Assembly (NCBI GenBank): GCA_964371625.1
Contig: CAYJMP010000002.1
Location: 1,133,332-1,197,331, forward strand
Direction of reading: 5' to 3'
DNA length: 64,000 nt
From: an uncultured Ignavibacteria bacterium
GTDB taxonomy: Bacteria; Zixibacteria; MSB-5A5; WJJR01
Position numbers and translations under genes: made by a program. The notes below the pieces were generated by a model, which made no database searches, was not told the DNA's origin, and saw only the letters and a program-made list of their open reading frames with translations. The first letter of the stretch is position 1; the number at the start of each line of letters is the position of its first letter. Positions 1 through 9,855 of the stretch are shown one piece after another.

Positions 1-698
1 CTGGCCTCTCGCCGCTTATGGTATCGCACGGAGCCGTCTGGCAACTCGTTACGTACATGTTTCTGCACGATGCCTCGCGCTTGCTCTCCTTCCATCTGTT
101 ATTCAACATGCTCGGTCTTTGGATGTTTGGCCGTGAACTGGAGCACGATTGGGGATCACGGGAGTTTCTCAAATACTACTTCATCTGCGGAATTGGTGCC
201 GGGCTCGTCACACTTTTGGCGCTTTGGGGTCACGTCACGTACACCATAGGGGCATCCGGAGCGATCTATGGGATACTCTTGGCCTTCGGAATGGCCTATC
301 CGAACCGGTATATCTACCTCTGGTTTGTGATCCCGATCAAAGCCAAGTACTTTGTGATACTGTTCGGTGCACTTGAGGTTTTTGCCTCGCTGTCGAGTAC
401 ACCCGATGGCGTGGCGCATCTCACACATCTCGGCGGTTTGGCCGTCGGGTTTATCTACTTGAAGTTCTCCGATAGTCGCATGCGACTCCCAGCACCCTTG
501 GCTTGGATGGGACGTTGGCGCGCCCAGCAGAAAGGGCGCGAATTGCGCCGCCGCTGGGACGAGCACCGCGAACTCATGGAAGAAGTCGATCGTGTACTGG
601 ATCGAATTAATCAAGTTGGCTACGAAGGCCTCACCCCAGAGGAGCGTGATGTCCTTGAGCGGGCATCAAGACGCCTCTCCACCGAATCCCATAACTGA
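1..698 (+). CDS. Rhomboid family intramembrane serine protease (5' end probably cut by window edge)
   Basis: Reading frame is open back to nt 3. Rhomboid motifs WQLVTYMFLH, HLLFNMLGLWMFG, GASGAIYGILLAFG (catalytic Ser) and HLTHLGG (catalytic His). Several hydrophobic helices. Confidence 0.85.
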   Translation, partial: GLSPLMVSHGAVWQLVTYMFLHDASRLLSFHLLFNMLGLWMFGRELEHDWGSREFLKYYFICGIGAGLVTLLALWGHVTYTIGASGAIYGILLAFGMAYPNRYIYLWFVIPIKAKYFVILFGALEVFASLSSTPDGVAHLTHLGGLAVGFIYLKFSDSRMRLPAPLAWMGRWRAQQKGRELRRRWDEHRELMEEVDRVLDRINQVGYEGLTPEERDVLERASRRLSTESHN

Positions 699-827
699 GC
701 TCGCGGGCAATCTTAACAAAAGAGTTGCGCTCCCTCGTAACGGGTTGCACTCTTGACCTGTTCGGGTAAGGGGATTGGCATATAAGACGGGCGGGAACTC
801 AGACTTAGACTTCATGGTATCCAATCC

Positions 828-2765
828 ATGGCCCAGCCGAAGGACGTCGCGCCTATGGACCGCAGACCAGCCACTTTCGCCATAAACCTCATTGCCACAC
901 TCGGACTCTGCTTAGCCCTCGTCGGCATCGGTCACGCTGCCATCCAGGAAGACCCCTTCGGTTCTGAGTCGGGTCCTATCCTGACAGCGCTGACATACAC
1001 GTCGAACGACACCATTCGGGCCGCCGATACACTCTGGTTGGCGGTTCGTCTCGAACTCGCTCCGACGTGGCACGTGAATTCCGCTAATCCGCGTGAAGAA
1101 TTCCTGATCCCCACACGACTGGACTATGTGGCTCCAACCGGTTGGCGGGCTGCCGGCCCCGTTGTTTATCCAAAGGGTCACGATGTTCTCCTGCTTGGCG
1201 ACACCATGTCTGTGTACGAATCGGGCGCGACGATTCTGGTTCCGTTGACGTCAGATGCAAACACCAGTGTGGGCCCGGTATCAATAACCGGGACCCTTCA
1301 TTATCAAGGCTGCGACGATAATTCTTGCGTAGCGCCCGATGAGGCCGCGCTGACGTGGCGCACAAACGTTGGATCGAATAACAGTTCACTCAAACATCCC
1401 GAAATCTTCTCCGAAGTGATCCATTCGGCCGTGGTTTCTGGCCAAAGCTCGGCGACGCCGGATCTATCCTCGGCACAGGAGAAGTCTGAACTCGAGCAAT
1501 TGGTGGATCAGTACGGATTCTGGGGATATATCCTCGCATTCGGGCTGGCTTTCGGCACCGGTTTTCTGCTGTCGTTCTCACCCTGCACCTACCCGATGAT
1601 CCCGATCACCGTCTCGATCTTTGCCGGTCAGGCGCGAGGGCCGGGACGAGGTTTCTTTCTCTCGCTCATCTATGTGCTCACCATGGCTGTGATCTATGGG
1701 ATCATGGGAGTCATCGTCGCGACAGTGGGTGGGGTGTTTGGTGCGTGGCTGGCTCACCCTGTCGTCGTCGCCGTCATCGTTGCGATTTTCGTCATCTTTT
1801 CGCTCTCCATGTTTGGCCTCTATGAATTGCAGGTGCCGGAAGGCATGCGCAATAAACTGGCGAGCAAGGGCGGGGGAGAGGGCATCGGCGGCGTCATTGT
1901 CCTTGGCGCGATCGCGGCTCTGGTTGTCTCGCCCTGTGTGGGGCCGTTCGTTGCCGGCATCATGCTGTATGTTGCCACGGCCGGTTCCGCGGTCATGGGC
2001 TTCGCCATTCTTTTCACGTTTGCTCTCGGACTCGGCACTCTCTTCGTTCTCATTGGCACATTCTCTTCGTCGATCCAAGCATTGCCGCGTGCCGGCACGT
2101 GGATGGAGTCGGTCAAGAAGTTCTTCGGATTTGTCTTGTTGCTGATGGCGCTCTACTTCCTTCGCACGCTCGTTTCAACCGAACTACTCGCGTTGCTGAC
2201 GGGGCTTCTACTTCTGGGTGCGGGGGTTTTCGGCGGAGGGTTCGACCGATTGACGGCGGAGTCAGGTTTCTTCCCAAGGTTGAAGAAGGCCTTCGGAGTA
2301 CTCTGCACGGTCATCGGTGTCTACCTGTTGATCGGCTATTTCGTCGCGACAGGTCTGATCTGGCCGCCGGTCCAGCTGGGCGGCGGGCTGGGAGCCAGCA
2401 CCGAACACATCGAGAAGATCCCCTGGAACACCGACCTCAATGCATCGCTCTCCAGCGCGCGCTCGCAGGGCAAACCGGTCGTGATTGACACTTGGGCGAC
2501 GTGGTGCGCCAATTGCCGGAAACTTGACGAGCGGACCTGGTCCGACGATGCGGTCGCGGCCGAGGCCGGGCGATTTGTCCCGATCAAACTTCAGCTTGAG
2601 ACCAACGACGCTCCCAAGACGCAGGATTTCCTCGCGCTCTTCGCCCTGAAGCAGTACTCGCTTCCGACCATTATCCTCATGGATTCCGGCGGACGCGTCC
2701 ACGACATTATCTTCGGTTATGTCGGACCCGAAGAGATGCTGGCGCGGATGCGCTCGGTCACATGA
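828..2765 (+). CDS. dsbD: Thiol:disulfide interchange protein DsbD (N-terminal periplasmic domain, cytochrome-c-biogenesis-type TM core, C-terminal thioredoxin domain)
   Basis: Signal peptide. N-domain Cys pair YQGCDDNSC. TM core with SPCTYPMIP and SPCVGPFVA. C-terminal thioredoxin motif WATWCANC. Confidence 0.85.
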   Translation: MAQPKDVAPMDRRPATFAINLIATLGLCLALVGIGHAAIQEDPFGSESGPILTALTYTSNDTIRAADTLWLAVRLELAPTWHVNSANPREEFLIPTRLDYVAPTGWRAAGPVVYPKGHDVLLLGDTMSVYESGATILVPLTSDANTSVGPVSITGTLHYQGCDDNSCVAPDEAALTWRTNVGSNNSSLKHPEIFSEVIHSAVVSGQSSATPDLSSAQEKSELEQLVDQYGFWGYILAFGLAFGTGFLLSFSPCTYPMIPITVSIFAGQARGPGRGFFLSLIYVLTMAVIYGIMGVIVATVGGVFGAWLAHPVVVAVIVAIFVIFSLSMFGLYELQVPEGMRNKLASKGGGEGIGGVIVLGAIAALVVSPCVGPFVAGIMLYVATAGSAVMGFAILFTFALGLGTLFVLIGTFSSSIQALPRAGTWMESVKKFFGFVLLLMALYFLRTLVSTELLALLTGLLLLGAGVFGGGFDRLTAESGFFPRLKKAFGVLCTVIGVYLLIGYFVATGLIWPPVQLGGGLGASTEHIEKIPWNTDLNASLSSARSQGKPVVIDTWATWCANCRKLDERTWSDDAVAAEAGRFVPIKLQLETNDAPKTQDFLALFALKQYSLPTIILMDSGGRVHDIIFGYVGPEEMLARMRSVT

Positions 2766-2818
2766 GACAGGCAACGTAACTGTTTCATTTTTGCCTTGCC
2801 GGAACCCACTATCTCCCT

Positions 2819-5572
2819 ATGTCTGAGCTTATTCGCCCGCGCATTTTCCTGATCGACGGTACGGCGCTGGCGTATCGCGGTTACTTCGCGTTCATCCGCA
2901 ACCCACTGCGAAATTCCAAAGGCGAGAACACCTCGGCTGTCTTCGGCGTGGCAAACTCCCTGCTGAAAATGCGTCGCGAGGAAAAGCCTGACTATTGGCT
3001 CTTCGTCTTCGATCGGCCGGAGCCGACGTTTCGGGATGAACTGTATGCGGAATACAAGGCCACGCGGGAACCGACCCCGGACGACTTGATTGAGCAGCTT
3101 CCCAAAGTCAAGGCCCTAGCCCAGGCGCTCGGCTGTAAGCTGATCGAAATGCCCGGTTTTGAGGCCGACGATCTCATCGCGACATTGGCAAAGAAAGCAA
3201 TCTCCCATGACTTCGATGTTGTCATCGCATCCGGTGACAAGGATCTGATGCAGCTGGTCAATGATCGGGTCTCGATCTACAATCCCCGCAAAGCCGGAGC
3301 CGAAATCGAGTGGCTTGATCCCACTGGAGTAAAAGCGAAATGCGGTGTCACGCCCGGGCAAGTGCGCGACTGGTTGGCCCTCATGGGCGACAGCTCCGAT
3401 AACGTACCCGGCATCCCCGGAATTGGTCCGAAGACGGCCGTTGAACTTATCTCCCAGTACGGCGACCTCGAGTCGGTTCTCAAGGCTGCTTCGACTATCA
3501 AGCGTGCCTCCCTGAAGGAAAAGCTTGAGACCTATGCTGATCAGGCGCGTTTGTCGATGCGTCTGGTCACTCTGCACGAAGACTGCCCGGTGGATTGGAC
3601 GCCCGAGGACTGGAAGGCCACGACCCTGGACGAAAAAGCCGCAGCCCGGCTGTTCGCAGAATTGGAGTTCAAGTCGCTGGTGAAATGGTTGTCGCCCGAT
3701 GTATCGACACCATCAGTTGCCGAATCCGTTCCCGTCGAGGAGATATCGAGTTCGATCGTCGATAAACCTGGCCACTACCATCAAGTCCAAAGTCTCGAGG
3801 AATTACGGTCCCTGGCAGTGGTGATGGCGAAGTCTGAATGGCTCGCGGTTGATACTGAGACGACTTCGCTGTGCATTCTCGATGCGGAATTGGTCGGAAT
3901 CTCGCTGTCGTTCAAGGAAGCGGAGGCCTGCTACATACCCATCGGTCACGCCGACACCGCCGCGAATTTGCCGCTCAAGGACGTTCTCGAAATCCTGCGT
4001 CCGATTCTCACCGGCGAGCGTCCACGACTGGTAGCGCAAAACGTTAAGTACGACGCGATGGTCTTCGCGCGGTACGGACTCATGCTCGATGGCATCGGCT
4101 TTGATCCGATGCTGGCATCCTATTGTCTGGACCCCGGCGGACGCGCTCATGGCCTCGATGCTCTCGCGCAGCAGTACTGTGGCCACACGATGCAGCCGAT
4201 TTCGGAACTCATCGGGAGCGGGGCCAAGCAGCAGAGCTTCAGCGTCGTGGATGCGGCAGCGGCGACTCACTATTCTGCAGAAGATGCAGATTACACATAC
4301 CGACTCTTCCAGATCCTGTCGCCCAGACTAAAACCCGCGGGCGTCGATCGTCTGTTTGAGGACATAGAGCTACCACTCGCCCCGGTCCTGGGACGTATGG
4401 AGCATGCCGGTGTCAAGATCGACTCCGAGTACTTGCGCCAGTTGTCTGGTACAATGGAAGGGAAGATCAATGCGCTGGTGGGTCAGATATATGAGGCGGC
4501 CGGCGAGGAGTTCAACCTCAACTCGCCTGCGCAGCTCGGACACATCCTCTTCGACATTCTTAAGCTTGCACCGGTACGCAAGACATCGAAGACCGCCCAG
4601 CGAGCCACCGATGTCGGTGTGCTCGAGAAGCTCTCGTCCGAGCACCCCTTGCCGCGATTGATGCTGGACTATCGCCAGCTCGCCAAACTCAAATCGACAT
4701 ACATTGACGCGCTCGTCGAGTTGGTTCATCCGAAAACGGGAAGGGTTCACACATCGTTCCAGCAGACAGTCGCGGCGACGGGACGGTTGTCATCGACTGA
4801 TCCGAATCTGCAGAATATCCCGATCCGCACGGATGAAGGCCGCCAGATTCGCAAGGCGTTTGTCCCCCGTGACGCGGATCATGTGTTGCTTGTCGCGGAC
4901 TACTCGCAGATCGAGCTGCGGCTCATGGCCCATTTTTCCGGGGACCCTGCCCTCGTGGCGGCCTTCCGCGATGCCGCCGATGTCCACGCCCGGACCGCGG
5001 CCGAGATTTTCGGGATTCCCGAGCACGAGGTGTCACCTGCCCAGCGCCGGCTCGCCAAGACCGCCAACTTCGGCATCATCTACGGGGTTTCAGCGTTCGG
5101 CTTGTCTCAGCAATCCGACATGAGCGTCGGCGAAGCCAAGACGTTTATTGAGACCTATTTCAAGAAGTATCCGGGGGTTAGAAAGTTCATTGATCAGACC
5201 ATTGCGCGGGCTCGTCAGGATGGAGTGGTTCGTACACTCTTCGGGCGCCGCCGGTTCCTGCCCGACCTGAACTCTTCGAATCGCCAGCGGAGGGAATTCG
5301 CCGAGCGCAATGCGGTCAACACTCCCATGCAGGGTACGGCTGCCGATATCATCAAGAAGGCGATGATCGAAATCGATCGGCAACTGTATCAGGATGGCAG
5401 GCTCTCGACCATGACCTTACAGGTGCACGATGAACTGGTTTTTGATGCCCACAAGTCGGAAATTGACTGGCTGAAGACGCTCGTCAAATCGAGCATGGAA
5501 GATGTCGTAAGACTGCAGGTTCCGTTGATTGTCGACATTGGAACAGGTGACAACTGGCTTGAAGCGAAATAG
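2819..5572 (+). CDS. polA: DNA polymerase I
   Basis: 917 aa. 5'-nuclease region (LIDGTALAYRGYFA, GDSSDNVPGIPGIGPKTA), 3'-5' exonuclease motif (LAVDTETTSL), polymerase motifs (DYSQIELR, KTANFGIIYG, QVHDELVF). Confidence 0.97.
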   Translation: MSELIRPRIFLIDGTALAYRGYFAFIRNPLRNSKGENTSAVFGVANSLLKMRREEKPDYWLFVFDRPEPTFRDELYAEYKATREPTPDDLIEQLPKVKALAQALGCKLIEMPGFEADDLIATLAKKAISHDFDVVIASGDKDLMQLVNDRVSIYNPRKAGAEIEWLDPTGVKAKCGVTPGQVRDWLALMGDSSDNVPGIPGIGPKTAVELISQYGDLESVLKAASTIKRASLKEKLETYADQARLSMRLVTLHEDCPVDWTPEDWKATTLDEKAAARLFAELEFKSLVKWLSPDVSTPSVAESVPVEEISSSIVDKPGHYHQVQSLEELRSLAVVMAKSEWLAVDTETTSLCILDAELVGISLSFKEAEACYIPIGHADTAANLPLKDVLEILRPILTGERPRLVAQNVKYDAMVFARYGLMLDGIGFDPMLASYCLDPGGRAHGLDALAQQYCGHTMQPISELIGSGAKQQSFSVVDAAAATHYSAEDADYTYRLFQILSPRLKPAGVDRLFEDIELPLAPVLGRMEHAGVKIDSEYLRQLSGTMEGKINALVGQIYEAAGEEFNLNSPAQLGHILFDILKLAPVRKTSKTAQRATDVGVLEKLSSEHPLPRLMLDYRQLAKLKSTYIDALVELVHPKTGRVHTSFQQTVAATGRLSSTDPNLQNIPIRTDEGRQIRKAFVPRDADHVLLVADYSQIELRLMAHFSGDPALVAAFRDAADVHARTAAEIFGIPEHEVSPAQRRLAKTANFGIIYGVSAFGLSQQSDMSVGEAKTFIETYFKKYPGVRKFIDQTIARARQDGVVRTLFGRRRFLPDLNSSNRQRREFAERNAVNTPMQGTAADIIKKAMIEIDRQLYQDGRLSTMTLQVHDELVFDAHKSEIDWLKTLVKSSMEDVVRLQVPLIVDIGTGDNWLEAK

Positions 5573-5584
5573 GGATCGAAGTCG

Positions 5585-7243
5585 ATGAGACCCATTCAAC
5601 AGAAGACAACACGACTCCTCATCTTGATCTGGCTCATTCTGGCAACTGTCGCATTTGTTCTCCCATCATCCGTACTGGCAGTCGAAGCCGACGAACTCCA
5701 CTGGCGGGCTTGGGATCAAAACCTCGATTCCATCGGAGCCGTGCCGGCGGCACGTTACGCGTTCTATGCCTACCGGTCGTTGGCGGTGCAGCACCCTGAG
5801 GTCTATCTGGCGGCGGATCGACTTGTCTCCGAAGTGCTCGAGGACCTTCCTGGTGGCCGACTGGCGTATCGATCCCGTGACCTTCGTGATATCGAACTCT
5901 ATCTGCGCCTGGCGAGGCGCGAATTGAAGAGCGGTTCGTTCACCTGGGGAATGATGTCCATGGTGACCGATAGCGTCTACGACGAGTCGCCCGTACGTTC
6001 GTCGTCGGATTGGCTCGAACTGCGTGCGCCATCCGTGGCCATATTGCTCAAGGCCGATTCACCCCGACTTTCGACACTCGAATCTGCGCTTCTGCGTTTC
6101 ACTCAGTTTTCCCGGACGAGGCCATATGAGGGTTCGTTTATCGTACTCGACAAAAAGGGGGTCGGATACCTCGCCACGGACAGCGGCCTTTGGGTGGCAG
6201 GCCTGTCTCAGCGTCGGGTCGCAGATTGGAAAGATGTTTCACCTGTGCTCGTCTTTAACGAGCGGGCAGTGTTCTCCTCGTTGGTCGGACGCGATGATCG
6301 CTCGGGCGATTCACTCCTGGCAAGTCTCATGGACCGACTCGGGAAGCCTGCAGAAATCGGATTCGGCTCCAAGGAATCAGCGCGCTTGGCTCGACTGAGA
6401 CGCGCCACATCGCTTCCGACCGTGGAGTCTCGACGGCTGTCAGTTCTTGCTGCCGCAGGGCTCACGGACTATCACCACCCCCGCGTGGCGGCGGCCTGGC
6501 AGGAGTATCTCGGTGCAGATAGTGCAAGTCTCGCCTGTGCGGTGCTCTGTTTGGATCAAGTCTATTTTTGGGCCAACCGGCTCAGCACCTACGCAGCAAA
6601 GTTGGCCGTCCAGCTATCCCGAACCGAGATCTTGGCCGCAGCAAAAACCGTGGACTCTACTTACCTCGACTGGGTCGGCCGACGCGTCAACCCGCAAGAC
6701 ACCTCCGACCTTCGGGTCGAGGCGTGGGGATGCCTTTGGTCTTACGATCTGATGCTCTCGCTGATTGATGACAATGCTCGTACGCGGGCCGGTTCCAGTT
6801 CCTCGCAGGCACTCGCGATGTCTGCCGCGTTAGATTTGGCCGGTGTTGAGCATTTTCAACTGGGTGTTCTCATGGGTGACAAGCAAATCGCCGACCAGGC
6901 CTGGCTCATCGCGGCCAATGGAAAGCTGCAATTCAATCTGGGTGTCTGGAACAGAGTTCCGGACACACTCACTCAGGGAAACCGTCCGGCGAGCTTGCTG
7001 ATTTCCGGCTTTGCACTACGCGGGGAGTCCGTGCGCGTGGCAAAAGACGTATTCTGTGCGTCCGTAAGTAGTCTGGCAGTCACGGAACAGTTTACTCGCA
7101 TGGTTCGGTCGATGCCCTTAGCCAGTATGTCGGTGATCGTCCCCACCGGTGAAGTCACGCCGGCGCAGAAGTTCCTACTGGCGCTGGGTGCTGACCAGTA
7201 TTCACCGGGTGCCGCGGTCTGGCCGCAGATGCCCGAGGAGTAG
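5585..7243 (+). CDS. Hypothetical secreted protein (552 aa, no recognisable domain)
   Basis: Long ORF with an N-terminal signal/anchor (RLLILIWLILATVAFVLPSSVLA). Sits 13 nt after polA. No family motif recognised by eye. Confidence 0.6.
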   Translation: MRPIQQKTTRLLILIWLILATVAFVLPSSVLAVEADELHWRAWDQNLDSIGAVPAARYAFYAYRSLAVQHPEVYLAADRLVSEVLEDLPGGRLAYRSRDLRDIELYLRLARRELKSGSFTWGMMSMVTDSVYDESPVRSSSDWLELRAPSVAILLKADSPRLSTLESALLRFTQFSRTRPYEGSFIVLDKKGVGYLATDSGLWVAGLSQRRVADWKDVSPVLVFNERAVFSSLVGRDDRSGDSLLASLMDRLGKPAEIGFGSKESARLARLRRATSLPTVESRRLSVLAAAGLTDYHHPRVAAAWQEYLGADSASLACAVLCLDQVYFWANRLSTYAAKLAVQLSRTEILAAAKTVDSTYLDWVGRRVNPQDTSDLRVEAWGCLWSYDLMLSLIDDNARTRAGSSSSQALAMSAALDLAGVEHFQLGVLMGDKQIADQAWLIAANGKLQFNLGVWNRVPDTLTQGNRPASLLISGFALRGESVRVAKDVFCASVSSLAVTEQFTRMVRSMPLASMSVIVPTGEVTPAQKFLLALGADQYSPGAAVWPQMPEE

Positions 7244-7288
7244 GCGTCTGCCCGCATTTTTCGCTTTCCGGCGTCACCTTCTCATCCG

Positions 7289-7942
7289 TTGTTAGTCGTC
7301 GTGCCTGCAACTCGTTCCCAACGCCACATACCTGTGATCGGTGTGACCGGAGCTATCGGCTCCGGCAAAAGTTCGGTCGCGCGCCTTTTCGCCAACTGGG
7401 GGGCAGTTGTGGTGTCGGGAGATGAGATCGGGCACCGGGTTGTCGATGAATCCCCGAGGATTCGCCGCCGGCTGGCCCGGGAGTTTGGCAGGGACATCGT
7501 CAAGTCGGGTTCCATAGACCGATCCATCCTCGCGAGCAGGGCGTTCGCCAGCCCGGCAGGCGTACGGGCCCTGAATCGAATCGTCCATCCGGCTCTGGTC
7601 CGTGAGCTTGTTCGCGAAGTCCGCCAGTATCAGAAACTCCGTCGAGCCAAGGTCGTTGTGATCGACGCTGCACTCCTGGTCGAATGGGGGATCGGTCACA
7701 TCCACTGGGATCATCTCGTCGGTGTGTACGCGCCCTATGATCTCCGCGTGCGGCGCCTCCGACGACGCCGGTTGACTCATGCACAGATAAGCCGGTTTGC
7801 GAGGGCGCAGATGCCGTGGCGGGATAAGCAAAAACACTGCGACTTCCTTGTCAAAAACGATTCGTCGCTGTCGATTTTGCGGAAGCGAGCGAGACTTTGT
7901 TGGGAGAAACTATTATCATCCACACAAGGGTCACAGGGATAA
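7289..7942 (+). CDS. coaE: Dephospho-CoA kinase (start uncertain; GTG at 7301 or 7334 also possible)
   Basis: P-loop IGVTGAIGSGKSSV near the N-terminus. About 200-aa CoaE-like layout (VVDAALL..., HPAL...). Confidence 0.85.
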   Translation: MLVVVPATRSQRHIPVIGVTGAIGSGKSSVARLFANWGAVVVSGDEIGHRVVDESPRIRRRLAREFGRDIVKSGSIDRSILASRAFASPAGVRALNRIVHPALVRELVREVRQYQKLRRAKVVVIDAALLVEWGIGHIHWDHLVGVYAPYDLRVRRLRRRRLTHAQISRFARAQMPWRDKQKHCDFLVKNDSSLSILRKRARLCWEKLLSSTQGSQG

Positions 7943-7969
7943 ACCTCGGAGGAGTTTCCAATCCACATC

Positions 7970-8848
7970 ATGCCCACGACGAGACAAAATCCATACTGGT
8001 TCAGCGTCGACCAACTGACCCATAAGGCGCTGGAGATTCGCCGGGACATCATCACCATGCTTGTTGAGGCCAAGTCGGGACACACCGGGGGCCCGATGGG
8101 ATTCGCCGATGTCGCGACGGCGCTCTTTTTTCACGAATTGGTCTTCGACCCGAAGAATCCGAAGTGGCCCGATCGTGACATGTGGTTCTATTCGTTTGGC
8201 CATGTGACACCCATCCACTACAGCGCTTTGGCGGAGGCCGGCTTTTTCCCTCTGAAGGACTTGATGAAGTTCCGTAAGTTCGATGGGCACTTGCAGGGTC
8301 ACCCATCCAATCTCGATTCTCCGGGGATCGAGGTCTCGTCGGGCTCACTTGGGCAGGGGCTATCGATCGCGTTTGGCGCGGCCTATGGCTCACGAATGAA
8401 TGGGCATCCCCGGCGCGTGTATGCGCTGCTCTCCGATGGCGAACAACAGGAAGGCTCGATCTGGGAAGCGGCAATGTCGGCGGGGCACTACAAACTTGAC
8501 AACCTCTGCGCGGTGATTGACTACAACAACATCCAGATCGACGGCTGCGTTGAAGACATCATGGGTATCGCTCCTTTGGGCGACAAGTATCGCGCGTTCC
8601 GGTGGCATGTGATCGAAATCGATGGTCATGATTTCAATCAACTGCTGAGCGCCTTTGCCGAGGCGCGCAGCACCAAGGGGAAGCCTACCGTCATCCTGGC
8701 ACGCACGAAGATGGGATGTCCTGTCAGTTTCATGAATGACAATTACGAATGGCATGGCAAGCCGCCGACAAAAGAACAGGGTGAAAAAGCGTTGGTGGAA
8801 CTCGGGACAACTCTGCCGGAATGGTCGGCGCGGCTGTTGAACAACTAA
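7970..8848 (+). CDS. Transketolase, N-terminal (TPP-binding) subunit
   Basis: GHTGGPMG, LSDGEQQEGSIWEAA and KLDNL..VIDYNNIQIDG motifs of the transketolase PP domain. 292 aa, followed by the C-terminal subunit gene. Confidence 0.9.
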   Translation: MPTTRQNPYWFSVDQLTHKALEIRRDIITMLVEAKSGHTGGPMGFADVATALFFHELVFDPKNPKWPDRDMWFYSFGHVTPIHYSALAEAGFFPLKDLMKFRKFDGHLQGHPSNLDSPGIEVSSGSLGQGLSIAFGAAYGSRMNGHPRRVYALLSDGEQQEGSIWEAAMSAGHYKLDNLCAVIDYNNIQIDGCVEDIMGIAPLGDKYRAFRWHVIEIDGHDFNQLLSAFAEARSTKGKPTVILARTKMGCPVSFMNDNYEWHGKPPTKEQGEKALVELGTTLPEWSARLLNN

Positions 8849-8854
8849 GACGCG

Positions 8855-9823
8855 GTGGTGAGCGCAGTCATGCCAGAAATGAAGAAAACACGTGAAGGAT
8901 TTGGTCGGGCCCTGGTCGAATTGGGCCGCGTCAATCCCGATGTCGTTGCGCTGGTCGGTGATCTTTCGGAATCGACCATGGTGAGTTTTTTTGCCAAGGA
9001 ATTCCCTGATCGGTTCATCCAGATGGGAGTCGCCGAGCAGAATATGATGAACGCCGCGGCCGGACTCTCGCTCGTCGGGAAGATTCCTTTTCTGTCAACC
9101 TATGGTGCCTTCGCCACCTGCCGTTGCCTCGATCAAATCCGCGTCACCATCTGCTACTCGGATCTCAACGTCAAAATCGGTGGGGCGCATGGTGGCATCT
9201 CGGTCGGACCCGATGGCGCCACGCACCAGGCCATGGAAGAAATCTCGATGTTGCGCGCCTTACCTCGGATGAAGGTGATCGTGCCCTGTGATTTTGAAGA
9301 AACGCGGAAGGCGACGCACGCGGCCGCCGAAGTCTGGGGACCGGTCTATATCCGGTTCGGACGCGAAAATGTCCCGGTGGTGACCAACACGGAGACGCCG
9401 TTTGTCTTTGGCAAGGGGCTCCAACTGCGCGAAGGTGGCGATCTCGCGATCATCGCCTGCGGCGTCATGGTCTACGAGGCCCTTGAAGCCGCCGAGTCCC
9501 TCGCCAAGCAGGGCGTCGAAGCGCGGGTGATCAATCTTCATACGATCAAGCCGATCGATCGTGAGATTATCCTGCAAGCCGCCGAAGAATGCGGCGCCCT
9601 TGTGACCGCCGAGGAGCATCAAATCAACGGGGGTCTGGGGGGCGCTGTCGCCGAAGTCGTCGTCCGCGGCATTCCCGCTCCCATGGAATTCGTCGCCGTC
9701 GATGATCGCTTCGGGCAATCGGGGTCGCCGGATGAACTCATGGCCGCTTTCGGTCTGAAATCACGTGATATTGTTGCGGCTGCCGACCGAGTCCTCAAAC
9801 GGAAGTTGGCCCGCGTCTACTAA
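8855..9823 (+). CDS. Transketolase, C-terminal (pyrimidine-binding) subunit
   Basis: FIQMGVAEQNMMNAAAGL, GPDGATHQAMEEISMLRALP and C-terminal domain motifs. 6 nt after the N-terminal subunit gene. Confidence 0.9.
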   Translation: MVSAVMPEMKKTREGFGRALVELGRVNPDVVALVGDLSESTMVSFFAKEFPDRFIQMGVAEQNMMNAAAGLSLVGKIPFLSTYGAFATCRCLDQIRVTICYSDLNVKIGGAHGGISVGPDGATHQAMEEISMLRALPRMKVIVPCDFEETRKATHAAAEVWGPVYIRFGRENVPVVTNTETPFVFGKGLQLREGGDLAIIACGVMVYEALEAAESLAKQGVEARVINLHTIKPIDREIILQAAEECGALVTAEEHQINGGLGGAVAEVVVRGIPAPMEFVAVDDRFGQSGSPDELMAAFGLKSRDIVAAADRVLKRKLARVY

Positions 9824-9855
9824 ATGGTCTCGTTTACCCAAGAGGTAAGGTCTCT

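Noticed and set aside
7225-7261. Stem GCAGATGCC/GGCGTCTGC overlapping the stop of the 552-aa ORF, considered as its terminator.
   Set aside because: The T-run starts 5 nt after the stem rather than directly after it, and the stem contains a G-U pair. It is too weak to list as a feature and is mentioned only in the finding.
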